Positions 19,177 to 29,583 of a stretch of DNA of 64,000 nucleotides are shown piece by piece (the first letter of the stretch is position 1; every line of letters begins with the position of its first letter). Source of the DNA: Clostridia bacterium (GTDB lineage Bacteria > Bacillota > Clostridia > RGIG6154); contig JAZRDC010000068.1 of assembly GCA_045660065.1 (NCBI GenBank), forward strand, positions 10,908-74,907, in the 5' to 3' direction. Position numbers and translations under genes: made by a program. The notes under the pieces were generated by a model. That model did not search any database. It was not told the DNA's origin and was given only the letters and a program-made list of their open reading frames with translations.

Positions 19177-20037
19177 ATGGACTTTAAAAAATTTGAAATC
19201 ACAACTAAAAAAGTGCTCAATGAGCAGGTAACACTTTTGAAGATTTACGCGCCTAAAGTTGCAGCAAAAGCACAACCCGGGCAGTTTATAATTTTCAGAA
19301 TTGACGAACAGGGGGAAAGAATTCCTCTTACCATCGCAGATTATGACAGAAATGAAGGAACTGTTACCATAATCTTTCAGCAGGTTGGTGCATCAACAAT
19401 GCGTCTTGCTGAAATGAATGAAGGGGACTGCCTTTTGGATTTTGTGGGACCTTTGGGTACTGCATCTCACTTGGAGGGCTATAAAAAAGTTGCGGTAATT
19501 GGCGGTGGCCTTGGTACTGCTATTGCATATCCGCAGGCTAAAAAACTTTTTGAACTTGGATCTGAAGTACATATTATTACAGGCTTCAGAAACAAAGATC
19601 TTGTTATTTTGGAAGAAGATTGCAAAAAGGTGAGCAATAAATGCATTGTTGCAACAGATGATGGTTCAAACGGTAAAAAAGGTTTTGTTACTGACGTTTT
19701 AAAGGAACTGATTGAAGAAGGAAATAAATACGATCTTGTTATTGCAATCGGACCTTTGGTTATGATGAAGTTTGTGTCAAAACTTACAAAAGAGTATGGC
19801 ATTAAAACAATAGTAAGTATGAATCCTGTTATGATTGACGGAACGGGAATGTGCGGCGGATGCAGAGTAACCGTTGGCGGGGAAACAAAATTTGCCTGCG
19901 TGGACGGCCCTGATTTTGATGGCCATTTAGTTGATTTTGATGAAGCGATTATGCGTTCAAAAACTTTCGCTGAAATGGAAAATCAGGCAAAAGAAGCACA
20001 TATCTGTAAAAGACCGGGGGTGTTTGTAAATGGCTGA
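19177..20037 (+). CDS. nfnA: NfnA (copy 2)
   Basis: Same motifs as copy 1 (PGQF, DGTGMCGGCR, CVDGPDF). Confidence 0.85.
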   Translation: MDFKKFEITTKKVLNEQVTLLKIYAPKVAAKAQPGQFIIFRIDEQGERIPLTIADYDRNEGTVTIIFQQVGASTMRLAEMNEGDCLLDFVGPLGTASHLEGYKKVAVIGGGLGTAIAYPQAKKLFELGSEVHIITGFRNKDLVILEEDCKKVSNKCIVATDDGSNGKKGFVTDVLKELIEEGNKYDLVIAIGPLVMMKFVSKLTKEYGIKTIVSMNPVMIDGTGMCGGCRVTVGGETKFACVDGPDFDGHLVDFDEAIMRSKTFAEMENQAKEAHICKRPGVFVNG

Positions 20038-21413
20038 TATTTTGAAAAAAAATAGAGATGCCTCAGCAGGCACCTGATGTAAGAAACAAAAATTTCGACG
20101 AGGTTGCTTTAGGATATACCAAAGAGCAGGCAATGGAAGAAGCGGAGCGTTGTTTGAATTGTAAAACAAAGCCTTGTATGAATGGTTGCCCTGTTAATGT
20201 TAAAATTCCTGAATTTATTGACCTTGTTAAAAAAGGCGACTTCGAGGGCGCATACTATAAAATCAAGGAAACAAGCGCGCTTCCTGCAGTTTGCGGAAGA
20301 GTTTGCCCTCAGGAATCACAATGCGAAAAGTATTGTGTAAGAGGGGTAAAAGGCGAAAGTGTTGCAATCGGAAGATTAGAGCGTTTTGTTGCCGATTACT
20401 TTATGGAAAATTGCGTTGAAAAAGAAGTAAGCATAGAGAAAAACGGTAAAAAAGTAGCAGTAATCGGTGCAGGTCCTGCAGGACTTACCTGTGCAGGCGA
20501 TCTTGCAAAGAAAGGCTACGATGTTACAATTTTTGAAGCATTTCATAAAGCCGGCGGTGTTTTGGTTTACGGAATTCCTGAATTCCGTTTGCCTAAAAAA
20601 ATCGTTCAGGCAGAAATTGATAAATTAAAGGCATTGGATGTTAAAATCGAACTTGATACAGTTGTCGGAAGAACTGTTGAAATTCCTGAACTCTTTGATG
20701 AGGGTTTTGAAGCGGTGTTTATCGGAACAGGCGCAGGACTTCCGTCATTTATGAAAATGCCGGGTGAAAACTTAAACGGAGTATATTCCGCAAACGAGTT
20801 TTTAACAAGAGTTAATCTTATGAAGGCATATAAATTCCCGGAATATGACACCCCTGTTTACATAGGTAAATCTGTGGCGGTAGTCGGCGGCGGTAATGTT
20901 GCTATGGATGCGGCACGCTGTGCAAAACGCCTTGGCGCTGAAAATGTTTATATAATTTACAGACGCGGCGAAGAAGAAATGCCTGCAAGAAAAGAAGAAA
21001 TCGAGCATGCAAAAGAAGAGGGAATTGAATTTAAACTTTTAACCAATCCTGTTGAAGTTTTAGGTGATGAAAAAGGTTGGGTAAAAGGAATTAAATGTGT
21101 TAAAATGGAATTGGGTGAGCCTGATAAATCAGGCAGAAGAAGACCTGTTGTAATAGAAGGTTCTGAATATGAAATCGAACTTGAAAATGTAATTATCGCA
21201 ATCGGTCAGACCCCGAATCCTTTAATAAAACAAACCACAGAGGGGCTTGAGACTCAGCCGTGGGGAGGAATAATAGCCGATGAAGAAACAGGCAAAACAT
21301 CTTTAGAGGGTGTTTATGCCGGCGGAGATGCCGTAACAGGCGCAGCAACAGTAATTCTTGCTATGGGAGCAGGAAAAAAGGCTGCAAAGGCTATTGATGA
21401 ATATTTAAGTTAA
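20030..21413 (+). CDS. nfnB: NfnB (copy 2); natural start at 20030 is out of frame by one base in an A8 tract; in-frame ORF begins at 20058
   Basis: Same motifs as copy 1. A7 instead of A8 at 20045-20052 gives MADILKKIEMPQQAP. Confidence 0.8.
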
Positions 21414-21458
21414 AAATTTTAATTTTGCTATAAAGCAAAGAAAAGGAGATGTGTCAAA

Positions 21459-22814
21459 ATGGCATTGAAAAACGAATACTTAAAAAGAGTATTTGAAGAA
21501 GTACAGGCAAGAGATAAGAATGAACCTGAATTTCTTCAGACAGTAGAAGAAGTTTTTGAATCATTGGAACCTGTTATGGAAAAACATCCTGAATATGAAA
21601 AAGCAGGACTTATGGAAAGAATTGTTGAACCTGAAAGATCAATCACATTCAGAGTTCCTTGGGTTGACGACAATGGCGTTGCTCACACAAACAGAGGTTT
21701 CAGAGTGCAGTTTAACAGCGCTATCGGACCTTACAAAGGTGGTTTAAGACTTCACCCATCAGTAAACTTAAGCATTATGAAATTCTTAGGTTTTGAACAG
21801 ACATTCAAAAACTCACTTACAGGTCTTCCAATCGGCGGCGGTAAGGGTGGTTCTGACTTTGACCCAAGAGGCAGAAGTGATGCAGAAATCATGAGATTCT
21901 GCCAGAGCTTTATGACAGAACTTTACAGACACATCGGTCCTGATGTTGACGTTCCTGCTGGTGATATCGGCGTAGGTGCAAGAGAAATCGGTTACTTCTA
22001 CGGTCAGTACAAGAGAATTAAAGGATGCTGGGAAAACGGCGTACTCACAGGTAAAGGTATTCCTTACGGCGGATCTTTGATCAGACCTGAAGCAACAGGT
22101 TTTGGTGCTACATACTATGCAAACGAAGTTTTAAAACACTTTGGCGAAACTTTTGAAGGCAAAACAGTTGCAGTTTCAGGCTTCGGTAACGTTGCTTGGG
22201 GTGTTTGCCAGAAAGTTGCAGAACTTGGTGGTAAAGTTGTTACAATTTCAGGTCCTGACGGTTATGTTTACGATCCTGAAGGTGTTACAACAAAAGAAAA
22301 ATTTGACTATATGCTCGAAATGAGAAGTTCAGGCAGAGACCGTGCTCAGGATTATGCTGAAAAATTCGGTTGTGAATTTTTTGCAAAAGAAAAACCATGG
22401 GGCGTTAAGGTTGACATTTGTATGCCTTGCGCAACTCAGAACGAAGTTACAATCAAAGAAGCAGAGCAGATTATTGCTAACGGCGTAAAATACTACATCG
22501 AAGTTGCAAATATGCCAACAACTGCTGACGCTATGGCTCTTATCAGAGGCAAAGGTTTAGTAGTTGGACCTTCAAAAGCTGTTAATGCCGGCGGTGTTGC
22601 AGTTTCAGCGCTTGAAATGAGCCAGAACTCAATGAGATACAGCTGGACAGCAGAAGAAGTTGACGAAAAACTCAAAGCTATCATGATCAACATTCACAAT
22701 GTTTCAATGGAAACAGCAGAAGAATATGGTCTTGGATACGACCTTGTTGCAGGTGCAAACATTGCAGGCTTCAAGAAGGTTGCAGAGGCTATGATGGCAT
22801 ACGGCATCATCTAA
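21459..22814 (+). CDS. gdhA: NADP-specific glutamate dehydrogenase
   Basis: GPYKGGLR, GGGKGGSDFDP, DVPAGDIGVG, RPEATG. Confidence 0.95.
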   Translation: MALKNEYLKRVFEEVQARDKNEPEFLQTVEEVFESLEPVMEKHPEYEKAGLMERIVEPERSITFRVPWVDDNGVAHTNRGFRVQFNSAIGPYKGGLRLHPSVNLSIMKFLGFEQTFKNSLTGLPIGGGKGGSDFDPRGRSDAEIMRFCQSFMTELYRHIGPDVDVPAGDIGVGAREIGYFYGQYKRIKGCWENGVLTGKGIPYGGSLIRPEATGFGATYYANEVLKHFGETFEGKTVAVSGFGNVAWGVCQKVAELGGKVVTISGPDGYVYDPEGVTTKEKFDYMLEMRSSGRDRAQDYAEKFGCEFFAKEKPWGVKVDICMPCATQNEVTIKEAEQIIANGVKYYIEVANMPTTADAMALIRGKGLVVGPSKAVNAGGVAVSALEMSQNSMRYSWTAEEVDEKLKAIMINIHNVSMETAEEYGLGYDLVAGANIAGFKKVAEAMMAYGII

Positions 22815-22817
22815 TGA

Positions 22818-23062
22818 TGCTCAATGCGAAATTATCATTTCGCATTGGTTTTGCAAATTTGTTCGCTCGCGCATATTTTGTTGCGGGCAACAAAATATCA
22901 AATTTATAGGAATAAAATCCCAGGCACATGTCCTGGGATTTTATGATTTAAGCATTTTTAGTACAGCTTCGGGTTCGGGTTGCCCGTTGTGAGAATTTTT
23001 TCCTATTCCCGTTGGGGACAATGTGCAATTATCATTTCGCATTGGTTTTTCAAATTTGTATA
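22818..23062. repeat. Palindrome-rich region flanked by 33-bp direct repeats; divergent relative of the 8431 and 30303 elements
   Basis: Direct repeats at 22830-22862 and 23027-23059 (1 mismatch); several hairpins; shares gtac..cttcggg and ttttttcctat.ccc with the other copies. Confidence 0.6.
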
Positions 23063-23103
23063 CAAATTTTGAAATTATCAATAATAATCTTGAGGTGAAT
23101 TGG

Positions 23104-23223
23104 TTGAAAAAGATTATGTTGATAATGCTGATTTGCACACTTTTATGTTCTTGTTCAGATAACACAAGGCATAAAAATGGGGCGAGAATGGTGAAAGCGG
23201 ACACTTTGGTGTCCGCTTTTTAA
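23104..23223 (+). pseudogene. Lipoprotein gene stub (signal peptide only) running into a terminator
   Basis: SD gaggtg, TTG start, MKKIMLIMLICTLLCSC lipobox; the ORF then reads through hairpin aaagcggacac/gtgtccgcttt. Confidence 0.55.
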
Positions 23224-23330
23224 GTTATGCCGGTGAGTTTGATTAAATTTGTTGTTAATGTTGCAAAATGGCAGATGATGTGGTAAAATTAAATAAAAGG
23301 TACAAATAATAGCGAAAAGGAGTTTTTGGT

Positions 23331-24197
23331 ATGAAAGGTATTATTTTAGCCGGAGGGGCAGGCACAAGATTATATCCTGCAACACTTGCCTGTTCAAAAC
23401 AGATGCTTTCTGTTTATGATAAGCCAATGATATATTATCCTATGTCAACTTTGATGTTGGCAGGAATTAAGGATGTTTTAATTATATCAACACCTAATGA
23501 TATCGGAGGTTTTGAAAGACTTTTCGGAAACGGAAGCCATTTGGGAATGAATATTTCTTATGCGGTGCAAAACGAACCTAAAGGTTTGGCGGAAGCGTTT
23601 ATAATCGGCGAAGAATTTATCGGCGATGACAGCGTTTGTCTTGTTCTGGGAGATAATATTTTCTATGGCTACGGCTTCTCTGAAAGACTCGAAAGAAGCG
23701 CTGAGTTAAAAGATGGCGGAATAATTTTCGGATACCATGTATCAAATCCTGAAGATTTCGGCGTTGTTGAATTTGATGAAAACAATACCGTAGTTTCAAT
23801 TGAGGAAAAACCAAAAAATCCAAAGTCGAATTATGCAGTTCCCGGACTTTATTTTTATGATAACTCTGTTGTTGAGATTGCTAAAAATATTACCCCATCT
23901 GCAAGAGGCGAACTTGAAATTACCGATGTTAATATGGAATATTTAAGACGCGGTAAATTAAAGGTTGAACTTATGGGCAGAGGTATGGCGTGGCTTGATA
24001 CGGGAACTCACAAGGCGATGCTTGCGGCATCTAATTTTGTTGAAGCGGTGCAGACAAGACAAGGGCTTTATATTGCCTGCTTGGAAGAAATTGCATATAA
24101 GAAAGGCTACATAAATAAAGAGCAACTGCTTGGCTTGGCAGAAAAACTTTCAAAAACAGATTACGGAATGTATTTGAAAGGACTTGCAGGAAAATGA
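23331..24197 (+). CDS. rfbA: Glucose-1-phosphate thymidylyltransferase
   Basis: [39 protein letters not shown]. Confidence 0.96.
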   Translation: MKGIILAGGAGTRLYPATLACSKQMLSVYDKPMIYYPMSTLMLAGIKDVLIISTPNDIGGFERLFGNGSHLGMNISYAVQNEPKGLAEAFIIGEEFIGDDSVCLVLGDNIFYGYGFSERLERSAELKDGGIIFGYHVSNPEDFGVVEFDENNTVVSIEEKPKNPKSNYAVPGLYFYDNSVVEIAKNITPSARGELEITDVNMEYLRRGKLKVELMGRGMAWLDTGTHKAMLAASNFVEAVQTRQGLYIACLEEIAYKKGYINKEQLLGLAEKLSKTDYGMYLKGLAGK

Positions 24198-25078
24198 GAA
24201 TTTTAATTACAGGTGCAAAAGGTCAGTTAGGCAAATGGCTTGTTAAGATTTTAAAAGACGGAAAGTCTGAAATAGGTGAAATTCCCAAGGAATATAAAAA
24301 TGCCCAGATTACAGAATGTGATGTAGACGAACTTGACATCACCGATAAAGAGGCAGTTTTAAACTTTGGCGAGTTTGATATAATTTTTAACTGTGCGGCA
24401 TACACAAATGTAAACAAGTGCGAAGAGGAAGAAGAATTTGCATATAAAATTAATGCTATGGGTTCTGAAAACCTTGCGCTTTTAGCCCAAAAATGCGGTG
24501 GTAAACTTGTTCACGTTTCAACCGATTATGTGTTTGACGGCACTAAAAAAGGCGAATATTTTGAAGATGATTTATGTTGCCCCGTAAGTGCTTACGGAAG
24601 AACAAAAAGGGCAGGGGAAGAAAAAATTATATCTGCAACCGACAGATATTTTATTGTAAGAACTGCTTGGCTTTATGGATATCTTGGAAACAATTTTGTA
24701 AAGACCATAAGAAAAATTGCAACAGAAAATGAGTCAATCAAAGTGGTGGCAGACCAGTTTGGAAACCCAACAAATGTAAATGATTTGGCCCATCATATGT
24801 TGCTTTTGGCACTTACAGACAAGTATGGAATTTACCATTGCACAGGCAAGGGAACTTGTTCATGGCACGATTTTGCAACAGAAATCGTAAAAGTTTTTGG
24901 AATTGATTGTGATGTTAAAAAATGCACAACAGAAGAATATCCTACACCTGCAAAACGCCCTGAAAATTCTGCACTATCTCATAAAAATTTAGAAAATGCA
25001 GTTGGCGACAAAATGCGTGATTGGAAAGAGGCACTTTGGTGCTTTGCGAAAAATGTTGATAAGGAGAGTATGAGTTGA
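24194..25078 (+). CDS. rfbD: dTDP-4-dehydrorhamnose reductase
   Basis: [26 protein letters not shown]. Confidence 0.93.
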   Translation: MRILITGAKGQLGKWLVKILKDGKSEIGEIPKEYKNAQITECDVDELDITDKEAVLNFGEFDIIFNCAAYTNVNKCEEEEEFAYKINAMGSENLALLAQKCGGKLVHVSTDYVFDGTKKGEYFEDDLCCPVSAYGRTKRAGEEKIISATDRYFIVRTAWLYGYLGNNFVKTIRKIATENESIKVVADQFGNPTNVNDLAHHMLLLALTDKYGIYHCTGKGTCSWHDFATEIVKVFGIDCDVKKCTTEEYPTPAKRPENSALSHKNLENAVGDKMRDWKEALWCFAKNVDKESMS

Positions 25079-25620
25079 GTAATTTTACTTTTGAAAAAAC
25101 TCCCATTGAGGGACTTGTGGTTATAACTCCGAAAGTTTTTGGGGATGACAGAGGATATTTTATGGAAACCTACCGCGAAAAAGAATTTATTGAGGGCGGA
25201 GTAACTGCAAAATTTGTTCAGGACAATCAGTCCAAGTCCAAAAAAGGTGTTTTAAGAGGACTTCATTTTCAAAAAAACAATCCCCAGGGTAAACTTGTAA
25301 GAGTTTTAGAGGGCGCAGTTTACGATGTTGCAGTTGATATAAGAAAAGATTCTGAAACTTACGGAAAATGGTACGGAGTTCTGCTTTCTGAGGAAAACAA
25401 AAAGCAGTTTTATGTGCCCGAAGGATTTGCTCACGGCTTTGTAGTAGTGTCAGATTCTGCAACATTTGCATATAAATGCACAAATTATTACGACCCGACA
25501 GATGAGGGCGCAATAATCTATAACGATCCTACACTTAACATCAACTGGAATGAATACTATGACGGAGAGTTCATTTTAAGTGAAAAGGATCTTAAAAATG
25601 GATTATTTAAAGATTTATAA
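25075..25620 (+). CDS. rfbC: dTDP-4-dehydrorhamnose 3,5-epimerase
   Basis: DDRGYF, QDNQS.S..GVLRGLHFQ, GFAHGF. Confidence 0.95.
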   Translation: MSNFTFEKTPIEGLVVITPKVFGDDRGYFMETYREKEFIEGGVTAKFVQDNQSKSKKGVLRGLHFQKNNPQGKLVRVLEGAVYDVAVDIRKDSETYGKWYGVLLSEENKKQFYVPEGFAHGFVVVSDSATFAYKCTNYYDPTDEGAIIYNDPTLNINWNEYYDGEFILSEKDLKNGLFKDL

Positions 25621-25623
25621 AAC

Positions 25624-25651
25624 AAAAGCGGACCTTTTGGTCCGCTTTATT
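25624..25651. terminator. Bidirectional terminator
   Basis: aaagcggacc-tttt-ggtccgcttt between convergent genes. Confidence 0.85.
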
Positions 25652-27136
25652 TTACATTGCAGATGAATCAATGCAATCAAATTCTGATAAGTATTCTTTT
25701 ATAAATGCTTTCATTTTATCCATAGCATCAGTGGTGTTGCCCTGAATATCAAGTGGCATCAAAGGTTCGTGAAGTGAAAGACGAAGTAAGAACCAACCGT
25801 TTTCTACATTTACTCTTACACCCTCAAAATTTGGAGTTTCAAGAGAAAAACCATCAGTTTCTTCAACTTTCTTTTTAAGGTCTTCAAGGATTTTTTCACC
25901 GTCAGGCTTAAAGTCTTTATTTGAAAGATTTAATCTGTAACCTGTTTCAAATTTAGGATCTTTTAAGTCGGCAATTAAATCGGTTAAGTTTTTGCCTTCC
26001 TTTTTCATTAAAACTGCCTTGATTAAAAGGCGGGTTACGAGGTATGCACCATCGTCTAAGAAATAATTTTCTTTTAAAGCCGCATGACCGCTTGTTTCGA
26101 TTGCCAGTGGTGCGTATGTTCCCTCTGACTCTAATCTGATTGCTTCGTTAATAACATTTTTATAACCACGTTTAAATCTGTGGTGAACTCCGCCTAAATT
26201 GCTTTCAATAAATGTTTTAAGTTCTGCACTTGTAACAGAGTCTGTTACGATTGTACCTTTTTGTTCTTCCATCAAAACCGCTGAAATAAGAGCAATGAGA
26301 CGATTTTTATTGATTTCGTTTCCGTCTTTGTCAACAATTGCCGCACGGTCAACATCAGTGTCAAAAATAATTCCAAGGTCAGAATTTGACTCTAAAACCG
26401 CATCTGAAATTGCTTTCATGGCTTCTTTGTTTTCAGGGTTTGGAATGTGGTTAGGGAAGTTGCCGTCAGGCTCTAAGAATTTGCTGCCCGATGTATCTGC
26501 CCCTAATTCTTCCAACATTTTAGCATAAAATCCGCCGCTTCCGTTACCTGCGTCAACTGCGATTTTCATACCCTCAAAAGGTTTTGCAAGACCTGTGTCT
26601 TTTCTGATTTTTTTAGCAGTATCATCAGCATATTTTCTGATATAGTCAACCTTTGTAATAAGTCCGCCATCTTTAAAATCAAATTTTCCTGCTTCGGCAT
26701 ATTCTAAAATTTTTGTGATGTCGCTTCCTTCAAAACCACCGTCTTTTGTAAAGAATTTAAGACCGTTTCTGTTAAAAGGAAGATGACTTGCAGTAAGCAT
26801 AACAGATGCGTCTGCCATATAATTTTCGTCAACCGTAATCATAAACATTGCAGGAGTGGTAGCAAGTCCACAGTCTATAACATTAATTCCGCTTTTTGAA
26901 AAAGCATCTATACAAGCGTTTTTAAGGCGGGAAGCAGAAATTCTGCTGTCGTGGCCGATTGCAATTGTAATGTTTTCTTTGTTTAATTTTTCTTTTGCGT
27001 ATTTAACAAAACCTGCGGCAATATTAAATACCACCTCATCTGTTAAATTTATATGTAATCCTTCAATGCCTTCGGATGCAATTCCTCTGATATCGCTTCC
27101 GTTTTTAAGGCAAAGCCATTTTTCTGATAAATTCAT
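25652..27136 (-). CDS. Phosphoglucomutase/phosphomannomutase family protein
   Basis: TASH phosphoserine motif, FDTDVDR metal loop, GSDIRG. Confidence 0.92.
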   Translation of the reverse strand: MNLSEKWLCLKNGSDIRGIASEGIEGLHINLTDEVVFNIAAGFVKYAKEKLNKENITIAIGHDSRISASRLKNACIDAFSKSGINVIDCGLATTPAMFMITVDENYMADASVMLTASHLPFNRNGLKFFTKDGGFEGSDITKILEYAEAGKFDFKDGGLITKVDYIRKYADDTAKKIRKDTGLAKPFEGMKIAVDAGNGSGGFYAKMLEELGADTSGSKFLEPDGNFPNHIPNPENKEAMKAISDAVLESNSDLGIIFDTDVDRAAIVDKDGNEINKNRLIALISAVLMEEQKGTIVTDSVTSAELKTFIESNLGGVHHRFKRGYKNVINEAIRLESEGTYAPLAIETSGHAALKENYFLDDGAYLVTRLLIKAVLMKKEGKNLTDLIADLKDPKFETGYRLNLSNKDFKPDGEKILEDLKKKVEETDGFSLETPNFEGVRVNVENGWFLLRLSLHEPLMPLDIQGNTTDAMDKMKAFIKEYLSEFDCIDSSAM

Positions 27137-27297
27137 TTTAAATGCCTCCTTTTTTTAATATTTTAGCACAATTTTGGAAAAACTTCAATATAAAAGGGAA
27201 AAAATAGATAAATCTCTTGAAAAATAAATAAAATAGGTGTATAATATATAAGTTGATAAGGAAAGTTAAAATTAACATTCACATAGGAGGTAATTTT

Positions 27298-28296
27298 ATG
27301 AGCACATTTTTAGACAGAATTAAAGAACGCGCAAAAGCAGAAAAAAAGACAATCGTTCTTCCTGAATCAATGGACAGAAGAACTTTTGAGGCTGCTGAAA
27401 CAATTTTGAAAGAGGATATTGCAAACATCATTATCATCGGTACAGATGAAGAAGTTGCAGAAAACAGCAAGGGACTTGATATTTCAAAAGCAACAATCAT
27501 CAATCCTTTCACTTATGAAAAGACTGAAGAATATCTCAACTTGTTTGTAGAACTCAGAAAATCAAAAGGTCTTACATATGAAGAAGCAAAACAGACTGCT
27601 CTTTCAGACTATATGTACTATGCGTGTCTTATGGTTAAAGCAGGTGACGCAGACGGCGTTGTTTCAGGTGCTTGTCATTCAACTGCAAACACACTTCGTC
27701 CAAGTCTTCAGATTATTAAAACAAAACCGGGAATTAAACTCGTTTCAGCATTTTTCTTAATGGTTGTACCAGACTGTGAATATGGTGCAGACGGCGTATT
27801 TGTATTTGCTGATTCTGGTTTGGAACAGAATCCTGATCCTGAAAAATTGGCTGCAATTGCTCAGTGCTCTGCAGAAAGTTTTGAACTTTTGGTTGAAAAA
27901 GATGCCTATGTTGCAATGCTTTCACACTCAACAAAGGGCAGTGCAAAACACGCAGATGTTGATAAAGTTGTAGAAGCAACAAGAATTGTTAAAGAAAACG
28001 CACCTGACCTTAATGTTGATGGTGAACTTCAGTTAGATGCTGCAATCGTTCCTTCAGTTGGTCAGTCAAAAGCACCTGGATCTTCGGTTGCAGGTAAAGC
28101 AAATGTATTGGTGTTCCCTGATTTGGATGCTGGTAACATCGGTTACAAACTCGTTCAGAGACTTGCTAAAGCAGAAGCATACGGTCCTGTTACTCAGGGT
28201 ATCGCAATGCCTATTAACGACCTTTCAAGAGGTTGCTCAGCAGATGATATCGTTGGCGTAGTTGCTATCACTTGTGTTCAGGCACAGGCAAAATAA
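27298..28296 (+). CDS. pta: Phosphate acetyltransferase
   Basis: IVLPE, DGELQLDAA, FPDLDAGNIGYK, NDLSRG; SD aggagg before ATG 27298. Confidence 0.95.
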   Translation: MSTFLDRIKERAKAEKKTIVLPESMDRRTFEAAETILKEDIANIIIIGTDEEVAENSKGLDISKATIINPFTYEKTEEYLNLFVELRKSKGLTYEEAKQTALSDYMYYACLMVKAGDADGVVSGACHSTANTLRPSLQIIKTKPGIKLVSAFFLMVVPDCEYGADGVFVFADSGLEQNPDPEKLAAIAQCSAESFELLVEKDAYVAMLSHSTKGSAKHADVDKVVEATRIVKENAPDLNVDGELQLDAAIVPSVGQSKAPGSSVAGKANVLVFPDLDAGNIGYKLVQRLAKAEAYGPVTQGIAMPINDLSRGCSADDIVGVVAITCVQAQAK

Positions 28297-28318
28297 ATTT
28301 TGAAAGAAGGATTTATAA

Positions 28319-29515
28319 ATGAAAGTTTTAGTTATTAACGCAGGTAGTTCATCACTTAAATATCAGCTTATTGATATGACTTCAACGGACGTGATGGCAA
28401 AAGGCCTTTGCGAAAGAATTGGTCTTGAAGGCTCACTTTTAACACATCAGGCAAAAGGCGAAAAAAATAAAATTGAAATCGAAATGAAAGATCACAGCGA
28501 TGCAATTGGTGCAGTTATTGCAGCACTTGTTGATGCAAATCACGGTGTTATCGCTGATATGAGCGAAATTTCAGCAGTTGGACACAGAGTTGTTCACGGC
28601 GGTGAAGAATTCAGCGGTTCTGTTATTATTACAGAGGCTGTTAAAAATGCATTGGAAAAATGCATCGAACTTGCTCCACTTCACAATCCTCCGAACTTAA
28701 CAGGTATCGCAGCTTGTGAAAAAGCAATGCCTGGCGTTCCTCAGGTTGCAGTTTTTGATACTGCTTTCCATCAGTCAATGCCTGCATCTTCATACCTTTA
28801 TGCACTTCCATACGAATACTATGAAAAATATAAAGTAAGAAGATATGGTTTCCACGGAACATCACACAAATATGTTACTCAGCGTGCAGCAGCAATGCTT
28901 GGTAAAAATGTTGAAGATCTTAAGATTATTACTTGCCACCTTGGTAACGGCTCATCAATTACAGCAGTAAACGGCGGTAAGAGTATGGATACAACAATGG
29001 GCTTTACTCCTCTTGCTGGTACTTTAATGGGTACAAGATGCGGCGATATCGACCCTGCAATTGTAACATATATTATGAACAAAGAAGGCAAATCTGCTGA
29101 AGAAGTTGACGCTTTGATGAACAAAAAATCAGGTATCTTCGGTATTTCAGGCGTATCAAGCGACTTCAGAGATGTATCTGATGCGGCTGACAATGGCAAC
29201 AAGAGAGCAGAAGTTGGTCTTGAAATGTTCTACTATCAGATTAAAAAGTTCATCGGCGCTTACGCTGCTGCTATGAACGGCGTTGATGCTATCGTATTTA
29301 CAGCAGGTATCGGCGAAAACGATAAGATTTTAAGAGCAGAAGTTGCAAAAGGTCTTACATTCATGGGTGTTGAAATTGACGAAGAAAAGAACAACATCCG
29401 CGGCGAAGAAAAAGACGTTTCTGCAGCAGGTGCAAAAGTTAAAACTTTGGTTATTCCAACCAATGAAGAACTTATGATTGCACTTGATACAAAAGAAATT
29501 GTTGAAAATCTTTAA
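28319..29515 (+). CDS. ackA: Acetate kinase
   Basis: [36 protein letters not shown]. Confidence 0.97.
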   Translation: MKVLVINAGSSSLKYQLIDMTSTDVMAKGLCERIGLEGSLLTHQAKGEKNKIEIEMKDHSDAIGAVIAALVDANHGVIADMSEISAVGHRVVHGGEEFSGSVIITEAVKNALEKCIELAPLHNPPNLTGIAACEKAMPGVPQVAVFDTAFHQSMPASSYLYALPYEYYEKYKVRRYGFHGTSHKYVTQRAAAMLGKNVEDLKIITCHLGNGSSITAVNGGKSMDTTMGFTPLAGTLMGTRCGDIDPAIVTYIMNKEGKSAEEVDALMNKKSGIFGISGVSSDFRDVSDAADNGNKRAEVGLEMFYYQIKKFIGAYAAAMNGVDAIVFTAGIGENDKILRAEVAKGLTFMGVEIDEEKNNIRGEEKDVSAAGAKVKTLVIPTNEELMIALDTKEIVENL

Positions 29516-29522
29516 AAAGTTC

Positions 29523-29551
29523 TTGACAAATTCTGAAAAATCTTGTATAAT
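29523..29551 (+). promoter_or_regulatory. SigA promoter of yceD-rpmF
   Basis: TTGACA-17-TATAAT. Confidence 0.8.
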
Positions 29552-29583
29552 GACTTGTACTGCGTGCATAGGAGGTATGGATT

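Noticed and set aside
22941-23204. 87-aa minus-strand ORF across the repeat cluster
   Set aside because: It spans palindromic non-coding DNA and the opposite-strand lipoprotein stub, with no SD support.
23260-23274. gttgcaaaatggcag at the rfbA promoter resembling the phage CI operator
   Set aside because: The right half-site is broken and TTGCAA is simply the -35 hexamer; similar strings are frequent in this AT-rich genome.
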